Shown here: piece after piece, positions 8,371-19,972 of the stretch | Layout of the letters: each line of letters starts with the position of its first letter | How positions within the stretch are numbered: the stretch's first letter is position 1 | Source: an uncultured delta proteobacterium | Lineage (GTDB): Bacteria > Desulfobacterota > Binatia > Binatales > Binataceae | Direction of reading: 5' to 3' | Assembly: GCA_963842085.1 (NCBI GenBank) | Contig: CAWJET010000001.1 | Location: 64,001-128,000, forward strand | Length of the DNA: 64,000 bases | The notes under the pieces: model-generated | Database searches by the model: none | Seen by the model: only the letters and a program-made list of their open reading frames with translations | Told to the model about the DNA's origin: nothing | Made by a program: the position numbers and the translations under genes

Positions 8371-10053
8371 ATGGCAGATGACAAAAATTCTTTGAGATCG
8401 AATAGCAGCGTGCTGGTCGATGGACCGTCGCGGGCGCCGGCGCGCGCGATGCTCAAGGCCGTCGGCTTTACCGACGAGGACCTGAGCAAGCCGCTGATCG
8501 CGGTCGCGCATACCTGGATCGAAATCATGCCCTGCACGGCTCATCTGCGGGACCTCGCCGAGCACGTCAAACGCGGAATCCGCGCCGCGGGCGCGACCCC
8601 GGTCGAGTTCAACACGATCGCGGTGTGCGACGGGATCTCGATGGGGACGCATGGGATGCGCGCGTCCTTGATCAGCCGCGAAGTGATTGCCGACTCGATG
8701 GAGCTCACCGTGCGCGGGCATCTGTTCGACGGCGTCGTCGCGATGTCGGGATGCGACAAGACAATTCCAGCGACGGTGATGGCGCTGCAGCGGCTCGACC
8801 TGCCCTCGCTGATGATTTACGGCGGCTCGATCCAGCCGGGGCGCTTCGGCGATCAGCAGGTTTCGATCCAGGACGTGTTCGAAGCCGTGGGCGCGCATTC
8901 GGCGGGCAAGATGAAGCTCGAAGATCTCAAGAAACTCGAGGACGTCGCGTGTCCGGGCGTCGGTGCATGCGGTGGGCAGTTCACCGCGAACACGATGGCG
9001 ACGGCGACCGAGCTTCTGGGAATCTCGCCGATGGGCTCGAACAGTATACCCGCGACCGATTCGAAAAAGCCCGAGAGCGCGTTCCAGGCGGGGCGGCTCG
9101 CCGTCGATTTGCTCAAGCGCAAACTCAAGCCGAGCCAGATAATTACCAAGAAGGCGCTCGAGAACGCGATCGCGTCGGTCGCGATGACGGGCGGCTCGAC
9201 CAATGCGGTGTTGCACCTGCTCGCGATCGCGCACGAGGCGGGAATCGCGCTCGACATCGACGACTTCGACCGGATCAGCTCGCGCACGCCGATCCTCGCG
9301 GACCTGAGGCCGGGCGGCCGCTTCCTCGCGACCGACATGTACCAGGCGGGCGGAATTCCGTTGATTGCAAAACGTCTGAAGGAAGCGGGACTGTTGCACG
9401 AAAACGAAATGACCGTGACCGGCAGAACGATTGGTGTCGAAGCCGACGCGGCGCGTGAGACGGCGGGACAGGAAGTCGTGCGCCCAATCGCGAATCCGCT
9501 CAAACAAACCGGCGGGCTGGTGATTCTGAAGGGCAACCTCGCGCCGGAAGGATGCGTGGTCAAGGTCGCGGGGCATGAGCGCATGACGCATCGCGGGCCG
9601 GCGCGCGTGTTCGATTGCGAAGACGATGCGTTCAAGGCGGTGTCGGCGCAGAAGATCACGGCGGGCGACGTCGTCGTCATTCGCTACGAGGGGCCGCGGG
9701 GCGCACCCGGAATGCCCGAGATGCTGGGCGTAACGGCGGCGCTGTCGGGGCAGGGCCTGGGAGAGTCGGTCGGCCTGCTCACCGACGGGCGTTTCTCGGG
9801 CGCGACGCACGGCCTGATGGCCGGGCACGTCGCGCCGGAAGCGGCGGTCGGCGGGCCGATCGCGGCGCTCCGCGACGGCGACGTGATAACTTTCGACATC
9901 GCGAAGCGGCGGCTCGACGTCGCGCTCAGCGCCGACGAAATCAAGGCGCGGCTCAAGACCTGGAAGGCGCCGGAGCCTCATTATAAGAGCGGCGTGATGG
10001 CGAAGTATGCGCAGACGGTATCGTCGTCGTCGCGTGGCGCCGTGACAAATTGA
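8371..10053 (+). CDS. ilvD: Dihydroxy-acid dehydratase
   Basis: [29 protein letters not shown] motifs. Confidence 0.97.
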   Translation: MADDKNSLRSNSSVLVDGPSRAPARAMLKAVGFTDEDLSKPLIAVAHTWIEIMPCTAHLRDLAEHVKRGIRAAGATPVEFNTIAVCDGISMGTHGMRASLISREVIADSMELTVRGHLFDGVVAMSGCDKTIPATVMALQRLDLPSLMIYGGSIQPGRFGDQQVSIQDVFEAVGAHSAGKMKLEDLKKLEDVACPGVGACGGQFTANTMATATELLGISPMGSNSIPATDSKKPESAFQAGRLAVDLLKRKLKPSQIITKKALENAIASVAMTGGSTNAVLHLLAIAHEAGIALDIDDFDRISSRTPILADLRPGGRFLATDMYQAGGIPLIAKRLKEAGLLHENEMTVTGRTIGVEADAARETAGQEVVRPIANPLKQTGGLVILKGNLAPEGCVVKVAGHERMTHRGPARVFDCEDDAFKAVSAQKITAGDVVVIRYEGPRGAPGMPEMLGVTAALSGQGLGESVGLLTDGRFSGATHGLMAGHVAPEAAVGGPIAALRDGDVITFDIAKRRLDVALSADEIKARLKTWKAPEPHYKSGVMAKYAQTVSSSSRGAVTN

Positions 10054-10841
10054 GGGTGTCAGCGGAATCGGCGGCGGCGCAGACGCGCGCGCGCGGAGCG
10101 CGCGGGCGTTTGCGCCGCGAGGCAGGGACGACGCTGGCAGTGTGCGCGATGCTCGCGGGGGTCGTCCTGGGCGCGCGCGACGCGCGCGCCCAGGACGACT
10201 GGCACGTCGTCGAGCGCCATACGACGACGCCGGCGCCGGCCGAGGCCGGCGCCCGCCCGGCGGCGCACACCCTCGGCACCGCCACCGGCCCGCTCGTGGC
10301 GTGCGGCGAGCCGGCCAAGCCGGCCGGCGAGCCGTACAAGACTATCGTCGCGCAGCTCAACGATATGTGGGGAACGAATTTCCGGGTTTATGAATCGATT
10401 GAACCCGGTTCGCCGCACGCACGCAGCGGCGGGTGCATCCTTTACAGCCAGCAGTTCCTCAACAGCCTGCTTCAGCAGTGGATGAACATCGACGACCCGG
10501 ACGCCATCCGGCCGATGCTGTACGCGATCTTCGCGCACGAGATCGGTCATCTCGCGCACGGCGACTTCGATCCCGCCAGCGAGAGCGTTCCGGTTAAGAA
10601 CAAGGAGCTCGCGGCGGATCAGTTTGCCGGCTACTCGCTCGAGCGGATGGGCATTCGGCGGCTCGATCCGGTCGAAGTGACGCGCTACTACCAGCTTACG
10701 GGCGACGACTTCGTCGGCCACGCGTCGGGACATGGCAGCGGCGACGAGCGGACCGCCGCGTTTCAGGACGGATGGCATCGCGCGGAAGTCGGACTGCCCG
10801 AACAAGGCACACAGCCGGCAGGTGGTCTCGGTGAACCGTAA
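10050..10841 (+). CDS. Secreted zincin-like (HEXXH) protein
   Basis: Signal peptide; AHEIGH...ELAADQFAG; HGSGDER. Confidence 0.7.
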   Translation: MRVSAESAAAQTRARGARGRLRREAGTTLAVCAMLAGVVLGARDARAQDDWHVVERHTTTPAPAEAGARPAAHTLGTATGPLVACGEPAKPAGEPYKTIVAQLNDMWGTNFRVYESIEPGSPHARSGGCILYSQQFLNSLLQQWMNIDDPDAIRPMLYAIFAHEIGHLAHGDFDPASESVPVKNKELAADQFAGYSLERMGIRRLDPVEVTRYYQLTGDDFVGHASGHGSGDERTAAFQDGWHRAEVGLPEQGTQPAGGLGEP

Positions 10842-10865
10842 AAATATTAGCGGCAATTCTTAAAC

Positions 10866-11861
10866 ATGAGCGCTTCAACAATTTCGAATCCATCACAGGC
10901 TGCGACCGGCGCGATCCGCGCCGAGCCTGGCGCGATCGAAGCGCGCGCGCTCGGCTTTCGCTACGGCGATCGCGAGGCGCTTGGCGACGTGAGCTTTTCG
11001 GTCGCACGCGCCGAGATCTTTGGCTTCCTCGGACCCAACGGCGGCGGCAAAACCACTTTGTTCAAGCTGCTGTCGACGCTGGCGCCGATTCAATCGGGCA
11101 GTGCGCGACTGTTCGGTCACGACCTGGCGGGCGAGACCGCTGCGGTGCGGCGGCGGCTCGGCGTCGTATTTCAGCATCCGAGCCTCGATGGCAAGCTGAC
11201 CGTCGGTGAAAATCTCGCGGCTCATGGTCATCTATATGGGATCTCCGGCAAGCGGCTGCGCGAGCGAATTGCGGCGATGCTCGAACGGCTGGGACTATCG
11301 GAGCGCGCGCGCGACCGGGTCGAGACGTTGTCGGGCGGGCTGCAGCGCCGGGTCGAGCTGGCCAAGGCTCTGCTGCACGAGCCTGAACTGCTGCTGCTCG
11401 ACGAGCCCAGCACGGGGCTCGATCCGGCGGCGCGGCGCGAGTTTTGGAATTACCTCGGGCATCTGCGCGAGCGCGAGGGCGTGACAGTCGTGCTGACGAC
11501 GCATTACATGGAAGAGGCGGAGCGATGCGATCGCATCGGGATCCTGCATCAAGGCAAGCTCGTCGCAATCGCGCCGCCGGGTGAACTCAAGTCCGAAGTC
11601 GGTGGCGACGTGGTCGTGATCCGGACAGGCGCGCCGGAAATCTTGCAGCGGAAAATTCTCGCGCGCTTCAAGCTCAAGAGCCAACTGGTGGACGGCGCGA
11701 TTCGGATCGAAAAATTGCGCGCGCATGAACTAGTGCGCGACCTGATCGACGCATTCGGCGAGGAGATCGAATCGGTTTCATTCGGCAAGCCGACCCTCGA
11801 GGACGTGTTCGTGCACCTGACCGGGCATCAGTTCTTCACGGACACGGCGGAGGCGGAATAG
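10866..11861 (+). CDS. ABC exporter ATP-binding protein (DrrA/NodI-like)
   Basis: GPNGGGKT, LSGG, LLLDEP. Confidence 0.93.
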   Translation: MSASTISNPSQAATGAIRAEPGAIEARALGFRYGDREALGDVSFSVARAEIFGFLGPNGGGKTTLFKLLSTLAPIQSGSARLFGHDLAGETAAVRRRLGVVFQHPSLDGKLTVGENLAAHGHLYGISGKRLRERIAAMLERLGLSERARDRVETLSGGLQRRVELAKALLHEPELLLLDEPSTGLDPAARREFWNYLGHLREREGVTVVLTTHYMEEAERCDRIGILHQGKLVAIAPPGELKSEVGGDVVVIRTGAPEILQRKILARFKLKSQLVDGAIRIEKLRAHELVRDLIDAFGEEIESVSFGKPTLEDVFVHLTGHQFFTDTAEAE

Positions 11862-11867
11862 GAAGCG

Positions 11868-12653
11868 ATGGGCGAGATTTTTCTTCAGGCCGAAACGCTG
11901 TGGTATCGCGAGGTCGTGCGCTTCATCCGCCAACCGATCCGCGTGATGAGCGCGATCGCGACGCCGCTGGTGTTCTGGCTGCTGCTCGGCGCCGGGCTGC
12001 AAGCCTCGTTCAAGCCGAGCGGGATGCCGTCCGGCATCGACTACGTGCAGTACTTTTATCCCGGCGTGATCGTGCTGATGCTGCTGTTCACCGCGATCTT
12101 CGCGACCGCCTCGACGGTGGACGATCGCCGCCAGGGTTTTCTGCAGGGCGTACTGGTCGCGCCGATCTCACGCGCGACGATCGTGCTGGGCCAGGCGCTC
12201 GGCTGCACGACGCTGTCCGTGTTGCAGGGGGTCATCTTCCTCGCGATGGCGCCGCTGGCGGGGATCCACCTCAGCCTCGGAGCGATCGTGGTGTCGCTGG
12301 CGATGATGGCGCTGATCGCGTTCGCGATGACGAGCATCGGGCTGGCGATGGCGTGGAAGACCGAATCGACGCAGGGCTTCCACGCCTTCATGAACATGCT
12401 GCTGCTGCCGATTTGGATGCTGTCGGGCGCCGTCTTTCCGGTGGCGGGCGCGCCGGCATGGTTTCAATGGACGACGCGGCTGAATCCGCTGACCTACGCG
12501 GTGGATGCGCTCAGGCAGGGACTCTATCTTGCGGAGCCGGCGTTGAGCGGCGCGACGATGCCGATGGGCTCGTCGGTGGCGGTCGCGATCGCGTTCGCCG
12601 CCTTCGCATTCATCCTGGCAACCCGCGTCGCCCGGACCGCCTCGACGATCTAG
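11868..12653 (+). CDS. ABC-2 type permease
   Basis: Six TM segments; LSGAVFPV...NPLTYAVD. Confidence 0.92.
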   Translation: MGEIFLQAETLWYREVVRFIRQPIRVMSAIATPLVFWLLLGAGLQASFKPSGMPSGIDYVQYFYPGVIVLMLLFTAIFATASTVDDRRQGFLQGVLVAPISRATIVLGQALGCTTLSVLQGVIFLAMAPLAGIHLSLGAIVVSLAMMALIAFAMTSIGLAMAWKTESTQGFHAFMNMLLLPIWMLSGAVFPVAGAPAWFQWTTRLNPLTYAVDALRQGLYLAEPALSGATMPMGSSVAVAIAFAAFAFILATRVARTASTI

Positions 12654-13417
12654 CGCGGCGGCATCCTTAGCGCGCCGTCGAGGCGGATCGTCTCGCCGTT
12701 GAGCATTTCGTTCTCTACGATGTGCCGCGCGAGCGCCGCATATTCGGAGGGCTTGCCAAGCCGCTGCGGAAACGGAATCTGCGCGGCTAGCGCCTTGCGA
12801 TTCGCGTCGGGCAAACCCGCCAGCATCGGGGTCTCGAAAGTTCCCGGCGCGATCGTGCAGATGCGGATGCCGAGCGACGCGAGGTCGCGCGCTATTGGCA
12901 GCGTCATCGAAACCACGCCGCCCTTCGACGCTGAGTAGGCGACTTGCCCGATCTGCCCGTCAAATGCGGCGACCGACGCGGTATTGACGATCACGCCGCG
13001 CTCGCCGTCGGGGCCGGGCTGATTCTTTGCCATCTGCGCCGCAGCCAGCCGCGTGACGTTGAAGGTGCCGATGAGATTCACCGTGATCACCTTGGTGAAG
13101 AGGTCGAGCGGATGCGGACCGTCCCGGGTGACCGTGCGCATCGCGCGGCCGATGCCGGCGCAGTTTACGGCGATATGAATCGCGGCGAACTTCGCGACGG
13201 TTTTCGCAACCGCATCGGTCGCCTGGTCGGCGGAGGCGACATCGGCCTCGACAAAGATCGCATTCGCGCTAAGCGACTCTGCGACTTTGGCGCCGGGCGA
13301 CGACGGCAGATCGAGAATCGCGACCTTGGCGCCGGCAGCTGCGAATTCGCGGACAGTTGCTTCGCCGAGTCCGGAGCCGCCGCCGGTCACAAGCGCGACC
13401 GCATTTTTGAGATTCAT
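12650..13417 (-). CDS. SDR 3-hydroxyacyl-CoA dehydrogenase (HSD17B10-like)
   Basis: [29 protein letters not shown]. Confidence 0.93.
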   Translation of the reverse strand: MNLKNAVALVTGGGSGLGEATVREFAAAGAKVAILDLPSSPGAKVAESLSANAIFVEADVASADQATDAVAKTVAKFAAIHIAVNCAGIGRAMRTVTRDGPHPLDLFTKVITVNLIGTFNVTRLAAAQMAKNQPGPDGERGVIVNTASVAAFDGQIGQVAYSASKGGVVSMTLPIARDLASLGIRICTIAPGTFETPMLAGLPDANRKALAAQIPFPQRLGKPSEYAALARHIVENEMLNGETIRLDGALRMPPR

Positions 13418-13506
13418 ACATCAACCTCGCGGAAGTAAGAGCTGCAGCGCGAAAACGTTATGACCGCAGACGCGATTATGCAACCGGCGAATTGGGGGCG
13501 GAAATA

Positions 13507-15558
13507 CTACGGGGAGGCTTCCTGTTGAACGGGGCGCGGCGTTTCGAGCAATCTTCTGGCGGCAGCAATAGCGTGGCTCGAGCCGGCCAGTTCGAGGATG
13601 TCGCCCGGGCGGAGAATTTCGTCGCCGGTCGCTACTACTACCTCGGAGTCGCCGCGCCCGATGGCGACCACAACCGCGCCGCTGTTGGTGTGCAGGTCCA
13701 GCTGGGACAGACTTTTGCCTACACTTTCGCTGCCGGGGCGCAGGGGCACGGGCGTGATCATACCGATGCCGGGGACTTCGTATGAATCGGCTTCCGCATT
13801 CGCGGGAACGCCTCGGAGGGCGGTCGCAATCAGGCGCGTGGCATTGCGGAGCTGTCCCTGCATCCGGTGCGCACTTCGGGTCACGACGACGATCATCAGC
13901 ACGATCGTGATCACCACGATTCCGATTCCTTCGACCGGTTCCATGAACGGCTGAACGATCGCGAGCAACGGCACGGCGGCGACCAGCAGTATCGTGATCT
14001 GCAGCAGTTCGATCAGCGCGCTCAGCGCGGGCGCGCCACTCGGCGGAAGTTCAGCGAAGGCGCGCGACGCAAGCGCTGTCGCAAGTCGGCGCGATGCGAA
14101 ATACATCGCGGCCGCGGGCGCGGCGCAGAGCAGCAGAGCGAACAGGTCGACGTATAGACCGGCGGAGAAATACGAGAGATGTTCGAGGCTCGTGACCGTG
14201 GTAGTCACGTCGAACGGGTCGCGTTCGTTGACGATAAGAATGGCGCCGATCAGAACTGCGCTCGACACGATGGCGGCCGTGGGCCATGCGATGGAATTGG
14301 CCTCGCGTGCAGGCTGCCCGGCGTTGCGGATCCGTTCGAACCACGAGTCATAGAGCGCTTCGAGCACCTTGAGCGGCCGCGGCAGCCGCGCCGAAACGAA
14401 TTCCGCGACCGGGATCGAGCCGCGGATCATGTAGGGCGTCAGGAAGGTGGTGACCGCCGAGACCGCAACCGCAAGCGTGTAGAGAAAATCGCGGGCGGCG
14501 CCGGTCTTCAGCGCGGCGCCCGCGATGATGAACGAGAACTCGCCGATTTGCGACAGACTCATGCCGGCTTCGATCGAGGTCTTGGTGCCGACGCCGCTCA
14601 GAATCGAGGCGAATGTCACGCCGACGATTTTTCCGCCGAGCACGGCCACCGTCAGCACGATCAGCGCCTGCCAGTGTTCTGCGATCAGCTTCGGATCGAT
14701 CATCATGCCGACCGAGACGAAGAACACCGCGCCGAATATGTCGCGCAGCGGCGCGACCAGATGCTCTATTTGTGCGGCCTCGCCGGACTCCGCGACGAGG
14801 GAACCCGCCAGGAAGGCGCCGAGTGCGACCGAGTATCCGGCGTGCTCGGCGAGGAGGGCGAAGGCGAAACAAATGCCGACGACTGCGACCAGCGTCGTCT
14901 CCGGCCGGCCCATCCGCACCACCATCCGCACGACCGGCGGCACAACGATGAAGCCGACGCCGACGAATGCGACGAGGAACAGAATCAGGCGCGCGATCGT
15001 CACCATCATCAGCGATGCCGACACGCTCGCGCCCGATGCCAGCGTAGTCAGAATCGCCAGCTCGACGACGGCGGTGAGATCTTCGGCAAGCAGCACGCCA
15101 AAGACAAGCTCGCGCAGGCGATCGGAGACGGGTGTTTCCTGGTAAGCCTTGGCGACGATTGTCGTGCTCGATATCGAAAGAATCGCGCCGGTGAAGATGC
15201 TCTCGAGCGGCGTCCATCCCAGCGCGCGCCCGCATACGTAACCGAGCCAGATCATGAAGCCGACCTGGAGCGCGGTGATGAAGCCCGACGTCGGACCGAG
15301 GCGAATCAGCTTGCGCACGCTGAACTCGAGTCCCAGTGCGAACATCAGGAGGATGACGCCGAGTTCGGACAGGGTGTGAATGCGGTCGGGATCGGCGAAC
15401 AGCGGAATCGGAACGTTGGGGCCGACGATCATGCCGGCGATCAGATAGCCGACGACGACGGGCTGGCGGATTTTCTGAAAAATGATGGTGGTGACGGCGG
15501 CGACGCATAGCACCATCGCGAGATCTTCGAGAAACGTGTGTGAGATGAGCAGGTGCAC
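13507..15558 (-). CDS. CPA2 cation:proton antiporter with TrkA-C domain
   Basis: LMFALGLEFS, SISST, SQIGEFSF; C-terminal RCK-C. Confidence 0.92.
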   Translation of the reverse strand: MHLLISHTFLEDLAMVLCVAAVTTIIFQKIRQPVVVGYLIAGMIVGPNVPIPLFADPDRIHTLSELGVILLMFALGLEFSVRKLIRLGPTSGFITALQVGFMIWLGYVCGRALGWTPLESIFTGAILSISSTTIVAKAYQETPVSDRLRELVFGVLLAEDLTAVVELAILTTLASGASVSASLMMVTIARLILFLVAFVGVGFIVVPPVVRMVVRMGRPETTLVAVVGICFAFALLAEHAGYSVALGAFLAGSLVAESGEAAQIEHLVAPLRDIFGAVFFVSVGMMIDPKLIAEHWQALIVLTVAVLGGKIVGVTFASILSGVGTKTSIEAGMSLSQIGEFSFIIAGAALKTGAARDFLYTLAVAVSAVTTFLTPYMIRGSIPVAEFVSARLPRPLKVLEALYDSWFERIRNAGQPAREANSIAWPTAAIVSSAVLIGAILIVNERDPFDVTTTVTSLEHLSYFSAGLYVDLFALLLCAAPAAAMYFASRRLATALASRAFAELPPSGAPALSALIELLQITILLVAAVPLLAIVQPFMEPVEGIGIVVITIVLMIVVVTRSAHRMQGQLRNATRLIATALRGVPANAEADSYEVPGIGMITPVPLRPGSESVGKSLSQLDLHTNSGAVVVAIGRGDSEVVVATGDEILRPGDILELAGSSHAIAAARRLLETPRPVQQEASP

Positions 15559-15644
15559 GGCGGCGTCGGGAATCTTAGCTTGTGGCGGAGGGAGGGCGCG
15601 AGGGCGAGAGCGCTCGCATTGAGATCATGCAAAGCAACCTTAGG

Positions 15645-15680
15645 CCTAACCCTTTCCCATCCTCCCATGTGGGAAGGGGA
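15645..15680. repeat. Intergenic palindrome, CCTCTCCC..GGGAGAGG family (also 16983-17015, 57836-57883, 63241-63299)
   Basis: CCTAACCCTTTCCC...GGGAAGGGG hairpin; similar copies elsewhere in window. Confidence 0.55.
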
Positions 15681-15707
15681 ACAATCGCGGAGAGGGGGGA
15701 AGAACCG

Positions 15708-16871
15708 CTAACGCGTGTTCATGACGCGGGGCAGCACTTTGGTCCAGAACAGCTCGATTGTCTTCATCAGGCGGTCGTGCGGCATCAGGCCGTTGTACAT
15801 CCACGCGAAGACCCATCGAATCGGCAGGCGCTCGAGCAGGTGCTCGACCTGACGGGTGACGGTGTCCACGGTGCCGACGAAGGCGAGACCGTTGGTCCAT
15901 AGATCGGCGGGCTCGCCGGTTTTGGGATCGTCGAGGCCTTTGGAAAATCCGAACGGCTCGAACCATTCGTGGCCGCAGAAGTAACCGCTCGCGCGCCAGA
16001 TTGCGCGTGCTTCGTCGTCGCTGTCAGCGATCACGATGTCGCGCAGCACTCCCATCCCTTCGCCGAGCGGCTTGCGCGAGACTTCCGCATAGACCTCGCA
16101 CAACTGATGCTCAAGCGATGGATGCAGCGGCGGCAGGATCGCGGTGACGCCCTCCTGCGCGCACCATCTGATACTGCGCTCGGACGACGCGAACGGCTGG
16201 AAGATCGGCGGGTGCGGCTTCTGAACGGGCTTGGGCACGACCGCAACCGCGCGCACGATTCCGTTTTCAATACCGCCACCCCATTTGGCGGTCGCGTCGA
16301 GGGTCCACGGCGTCTCGCCGGGCGGGATGCGCCAGTACCTGCCCTCGAAGGAAATAAAATCCTGGGTCCATGCCTGCTTGATGATGCGAAAATTTTCCTC
16401 GAAGGCTGCGCGGTTGGCGTTGTCGATCTCGTCGTGCTGATGGGGCAGCGCGCCGTGAATCCCATGCGTCTGCTGCGCCATGATGTCGACCCATCGCCGC
16501 TGATAGCCGCGCGCGAAGCCGGCGTTGGCGCGTCCGCCGGTCATGTGATCGAGCATCGCGACGTCCTCGGCGACGCGGATCGGATTCTGCGACGGCAACA
16601 CGATGCCGAGCTGGCCGACGCGCAGCCGTTTGGTCTGCATCGCGATGTACAAGTCGAGCAAGACGGGATTGTTGGACAACTCGAAGCCTTCGACGTGAAA
16701 ATGATGCTCGGTAAAACTGATCGAGTCGTAGCCGAGGTCGTCGGCGAGCCGCGCCTGCGCGCTGATGTCGTGCAGCATCTGGTCGTAGAGATGACCCTGC
16801 AATCCGGAGCGCCCCTTTTCCATGTCGGCTTTGCTGCCGACCGACGGTAAATAGAAAAGCGATACTTTCAT
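15708..16871 (-). CDS. LLM-class flavin-dependent oxidoreductase
   Basis: TEHHF, NPIRVAEDVAMLDHMTGGR, PKPVQKPHPP. Confidence 0.92.
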   Translation of the reverse strand: MKVSLFYLPSVGSKADMEKGRSGLQGHLYDQMLHDISAQARLADDLGYDSISFTEHHFHVEGFELSNNPVLLDLYIAMQTKRLRVGQLGIVLPSQNPIRVAEDVAMLDHMTGGRANAGFARGYQRRWVDIMAQQTHGIHGALPHQHDEIDNANRAAFEENFRIIKQAWTQDFISFEGRYWRIPPGETPWTLDATAKWGGGIENGIVRAVAVVPKPVQKPHPPIFQPFASSERSIRWCAQEGVTAILPPLHPSLEHQLCEVYAEVSRKPLGEGMGVLRDIVIADSDDEARAIWRASGYFCGHEWFEPFGFSKGLDDPKTGEPADLWTNGLAFVGTVDTVTRQVEHLLERLPIRWVFAWMYNGLMPHDRLMKTIELFWTKVLPRVMNTR

Positions 16872-17103
16872 TGTCACCTCGCGCGCTGCAGGCGCGTCCC
16901 GACTGTAGAACTCCTTGAATGCAAACGGCAAACGGCGGATGGCGAGTTGAGTCTCGATCTGAGGATGCGCGCAGAACCTTCACCTAACCTCTCCCGTAAA
17001 ATAACGGCCGAGGGATCAGAGCTGGCTTTGCCGATTTGCGCGGGGCGGCGCTATAGTGCGCGCATCGGCCGACGCTCAGCAACTCTTTGGAGAGGTTAAA
17101 TCG

Positions 17104-17994
17104 ATGTCGCAACAGCAACTCCAGCAGATCATCCAGATGCTCAAGGCGCAGCCGATCGCGGGCCGTCCCACAGTCCAGGAGACGCGCGCGAATTTCGAGC
17201 AGATGGCGGCACTGTTTCCGGTCGCCGCAGACGTCAAGTGCGAACCGGTGAATGCCGGCGGCGTCAAGGCGGAATGGGTAACGGCGCCGGGCGCCGACGC
17301 GGGACGTGCGGTGCTTTATCTGCACGGCGGCGGCTACGTTATCGGCTCGCTCAACACGCATCGCGACCTGGCGGCGCGAATTTCGCGCGCGGCGAAAGCG
17401 CGCGTGCTGGTCATCGACTACCGGCTTGCGCCCGAGCATCCGTTTCCGGCAGCGGTCGAGGATTCCGTGGCCGCATACCGCTGGATGCTGTCGTCGGGGC
17501 TGAAGCCCGCGCGCATCGCGGTCGCGGGCGACTCGGCCGGCGGCGGGCTCACGGTGGCGACGCTGGTTGCGATTCGCGACGCCAAGCTCGCGAGCCCGGG
17601 CGCGGGAGTGTGCCTGTCGCCGTGGACCGATCTCGAAGGACTCGGCGATTCGATGAAAACCAAGGCGGCGGTCGATCCGATGGTAAACAAGGAGGCGCTG
17701 ATCGAAATGGCGGCGCACTACCTGGCCGGCAAGGATCCACGCAGCCCGCTGGCGGCGCCGCTGTATGCCGACCTCGCGGGCCTGCCGCCGCTGTTGCTCC
17801 AGGTCGGCACTGCCGAGACCTTGCTCGACGACTCGACACGGCTGGCCGAGCGCGCGCGCAAGGCGGGCGTTAAGGTCACGCTCGAGCCGTGGGAAAACAT
17901 GATTCACGTCTTCCAGGTTTTCGCGCCGATGCTCGACGAAGGGCAGCAGGCGATCGACAAGATCGGGGAGTTTGTCCGCGCCAACGCCGCGTAA
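17104..17994 (+). CDS. Alpha/beta hydrolase, HSL-family esterase
   Basis: HGGG, GDSAGG motifs; GGAGG SD upstream. Confidence 0.93.
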   Translation: MSQQQLQQIIQMLKAQPIAGRPTVQETRANFEQMAALFPVAADVKCEPVNAGGVKAEWVTAPGADAGRAVLYLHGGGYVIGSLNTHRDLAARISRAAKARVLVIDYRLAPEHPFPAAVEDSVAAYRWMLSSGLKPARIAVAGDSAGGGLTVATLVAIRDAKLASPGAGVCLSPWTDLEGLGDSMKTKAAVDPMVNKEALIEMAAHYLAGKDPRSPLAAPLYADLAGLPPLLLQVGTAETLLDDSTRLAERARKAGVKVTLEPWENMIHVFQVFAPMLDEGQQAIDKIGEFVRANAA

Positions 17995-18709
17995 GAGCGG
18001 AGCGTCCATCGGCGACCGCATCGCGGCGCTGGACTGGGCGCAGATCGAGCGCGACCTTGACGCGCAAGGATACGCGACCACGGGAACGGTTTTGCGCGCC
18101 GCCGAGTGCGCGGAATTGATCGCGCTTTACGGCGATCGCGAGCGCTTTCGCAGCCGCGTCGAGATGGAGAGGCATCGCTACGGCGTCGGTGAGTACAAGT
18201 ATTTCGCGCGACCGATGCCGCCGCTGGTTGAGGAGTTGCGCGTCGCGCTGTACCGGGAGCTGGCGGCGACGGCGAATCGATGGAGCGAGCGGATGCGCTC
18301 GCGCGATTCGTATCCGGTTTCGCTGGCCGAATTTCTGAAAGTCTGCGCCGCTCACGGACAGACCAGGCCGACGCCGCTGATCCTTCGCTACGAGCAAGGC
18401 GGCTACAACTGCCTGCATCAGGACCTCTACGGCGAGGTGGCGTTTCCGCTGCAGTTCACGTGCGCGCTCAGCCGGCGTGGGCGCGACTTCGAGGGCGGCG
18501 AACTGTTGCTCGTGGAGCAGCGGCCGCGGGCACAATCGCGCGCCGAAGTGATCGCGCTCGACGCTGGCGAGGGAATAATCTTCGCGAATCGCTACCGTCC
18601 CGCAGCCGGCGCAAGAGGATACCATCGCGTGAACCTGCGTCACGGTGTGAGCACGATCAGATCAGGCGTTCGCTACGCGATGGGCGTCATTTTTCATGAC
18701 GCCGCGTAG
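17972..18709 (+). CDS. 2OG-Fe(II) oxygenase (DUF2086-like)
   Basis: YNCLHQDLYG...RHGVS; GEYKYF. Confidence 0.88.
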   Translation: MSAPTPRKSGASIGDRIAALDWAQIERDLDAQGYATTGTVLRAAECAELIALYGDRERFRSRVEMERHRYGVGEYKYFARPMPPLVEELRVALYRELAATANRWSERMRSRDSYPVSLAEFLKVCAAHGQTRPTPLILRYEQGGYNCLHQDLYGEVAFPLQFTCALSRRGRDFEGGELLLVEQRPRAQSRAEVIALDAGEGIIFANRYRPAAGARGYHRVNLRHGVSTIRSGVRYAMGVIFHDAA

Positions 18710-18718
18710 CCGATTGAG

Positions 18719-19000
18719 CTACGGGTGGTCGTCGGCCGGACACTTGCCGTCGGAGCATTCGCAAGTCGCGCCCTCGTTATCGGTGCGCCACTGTCCGCAG
18801 AAGTCGTTGCAGGGAGTGAGGTTGTCGTCGGTGTTGTAGAAGCCCTTGCATCCCGGCGCGGCGTTCGGCGTCTTGGGATTGGTGAAGTCCGCATGACGAT
18901 CGCGGTCAGCCGCATACGCGAGTCCCACCACCGCGATCGCAAACAGGCCCGACATGATAATCTTGCGCATCGAGTCGTCCCCTAAGCACGAAGCCCCCAA
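18719..19000 (-). CDS. Small secreted Cys-rich protein
   Basis: Signal peptide (likely start MRKII), six Cys in mature part. Confidence 0.65.
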   Translation of the reverse strand: MGASCLGDDSMRKIIMSGLFAIAVVGLAYAADRDRHADFTNPKTPNAAPGCKGFYNTDDNLTPCNDFCGQWRTDNEGATCECSDGKCPADDHP

Positions 19001-19204
19001 GCCGCGTGCGAGAATCGTTTGACGCTATCAGCAGCCTGCCCTATTCACAAACTCGATGGTGCCAGGCGCGCGAGCATGAATGCGGCGCGGTCGTTTCCAC
19101 AGTTTGTTGTCATTCAATCGATCGCTTGGTACGTTGCGGTTAGACCGTAAACGCGACCTCGCGTCGGGGGATTTCGGATGCAGCGCAGCTTGTTGCGGTG
19201 CAGA

Positions 19205-19360
19205 TCAGTTTCCACCGGTGGCAATAGGCTGTTGATTGCCTTCACATCGTTTCTTCCCTCTTTTCGTGCCCCGCATGGTGAAGCCAACGCCTGCCTTTTT
19301 CGGCGGCATTATGAAATACCAGCTCACAAGCGCGAGCGCAGCGGCGGGGCGGGGGTTCAT
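19205..19360 (-). pseudogene. Degraded small secreted protein (MNPRPAAALALVSWYFIMPP)
   Basis: N-terminus resembles a lineage-expanded family I recall from Binatia; premature stop, LRCI segment in another frame. Confidence 0.45.
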
Positions 19361-19371
19361 CGATCGCTCGA

Positions 19372-19956
19372 TCACTGAGACTGTTCGCCGGTGGGCGCAG
19401 TCGCGGTCGGTGTCGCAGAGGCAGGACTTGACCACACAGGTGTGGCGAGTCCTGTCGGAGCAGGGCTCGCGGATGGAACGGGCGTGGACGCGAGAGAAGC
19501 GGTTGGTGACGGACTCGCGTACGCCGGCGACAGCGTCGCGGTTGGAGATGTCGACCCGGCCTCCGCACTCTTTGCGGTCACGCTCAAGAGCGCGTCATTC
19601 TGGTAGCAGAACCATACCGGTTTCTTTTCGTTTCTGGTGACAGCCTCGGTGGGCGACAGGAGGATCTCTGCCAGCCCTATCGTGAAGAAATCGGCAGCGC
19701 TTTCGACGACCGCTATGGGAACCTTGCCCGCATTGCCGTAGCCGGTGATGTAAAGCAGGTACAAATCGCAGCTCGTGCCGTCGGCACTTTTGCTCGTAGT
19801 GACGGGCGCGCCCAGCTCCTCCATGACGGAGGTGCGGCTGTCACCGGGAGGGAACTTCGCCAGATCGAGAGGTGTTGGACGCGTCGCCTCCATGTATACG
19901 GAGCAGCCGGAGACAATACACAGCGCTAGGACTATGTGCTTGAGACGAAAAGACAT
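19372..19956 (-). CDS. Hypothetical lipoprotein with Pro/Ser/Thr tail
   Basis: Lipobox IVSGC; low-complexity C-terminus. Confidence 0.7.
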   Translation of the reverse strand: MSFRLKHIVLALCIVSGCSVYMEATRPTPLDLAKFPPGDSRTSVMEELGAPVTTSKSADGTSCDLYLLYITGYGNAGKVPIAVVESAADFFTIGLAEILLSPTEAVTRNEKKPVWFCYQNDALLSVTAKSAEAGSTSPTATLSPAYASPSPTASLASTPVPSASPAPTGLATPVWSSPASATPTATAPTGEQSQ

Positions 19957-19972
19957 ATTCGGAACGCCCTCT

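Noticed and set aside
8263-9981. 572-aa antisense ORF to ilvD, and similar long shadow ORFs (14179-15510, 36554-38404, 43368-44708, 51710-53572)
   Set aside because: Expected in high-GC3 DNA; Arg/Ala-rich with no motifs; fully overlap well-supported genes
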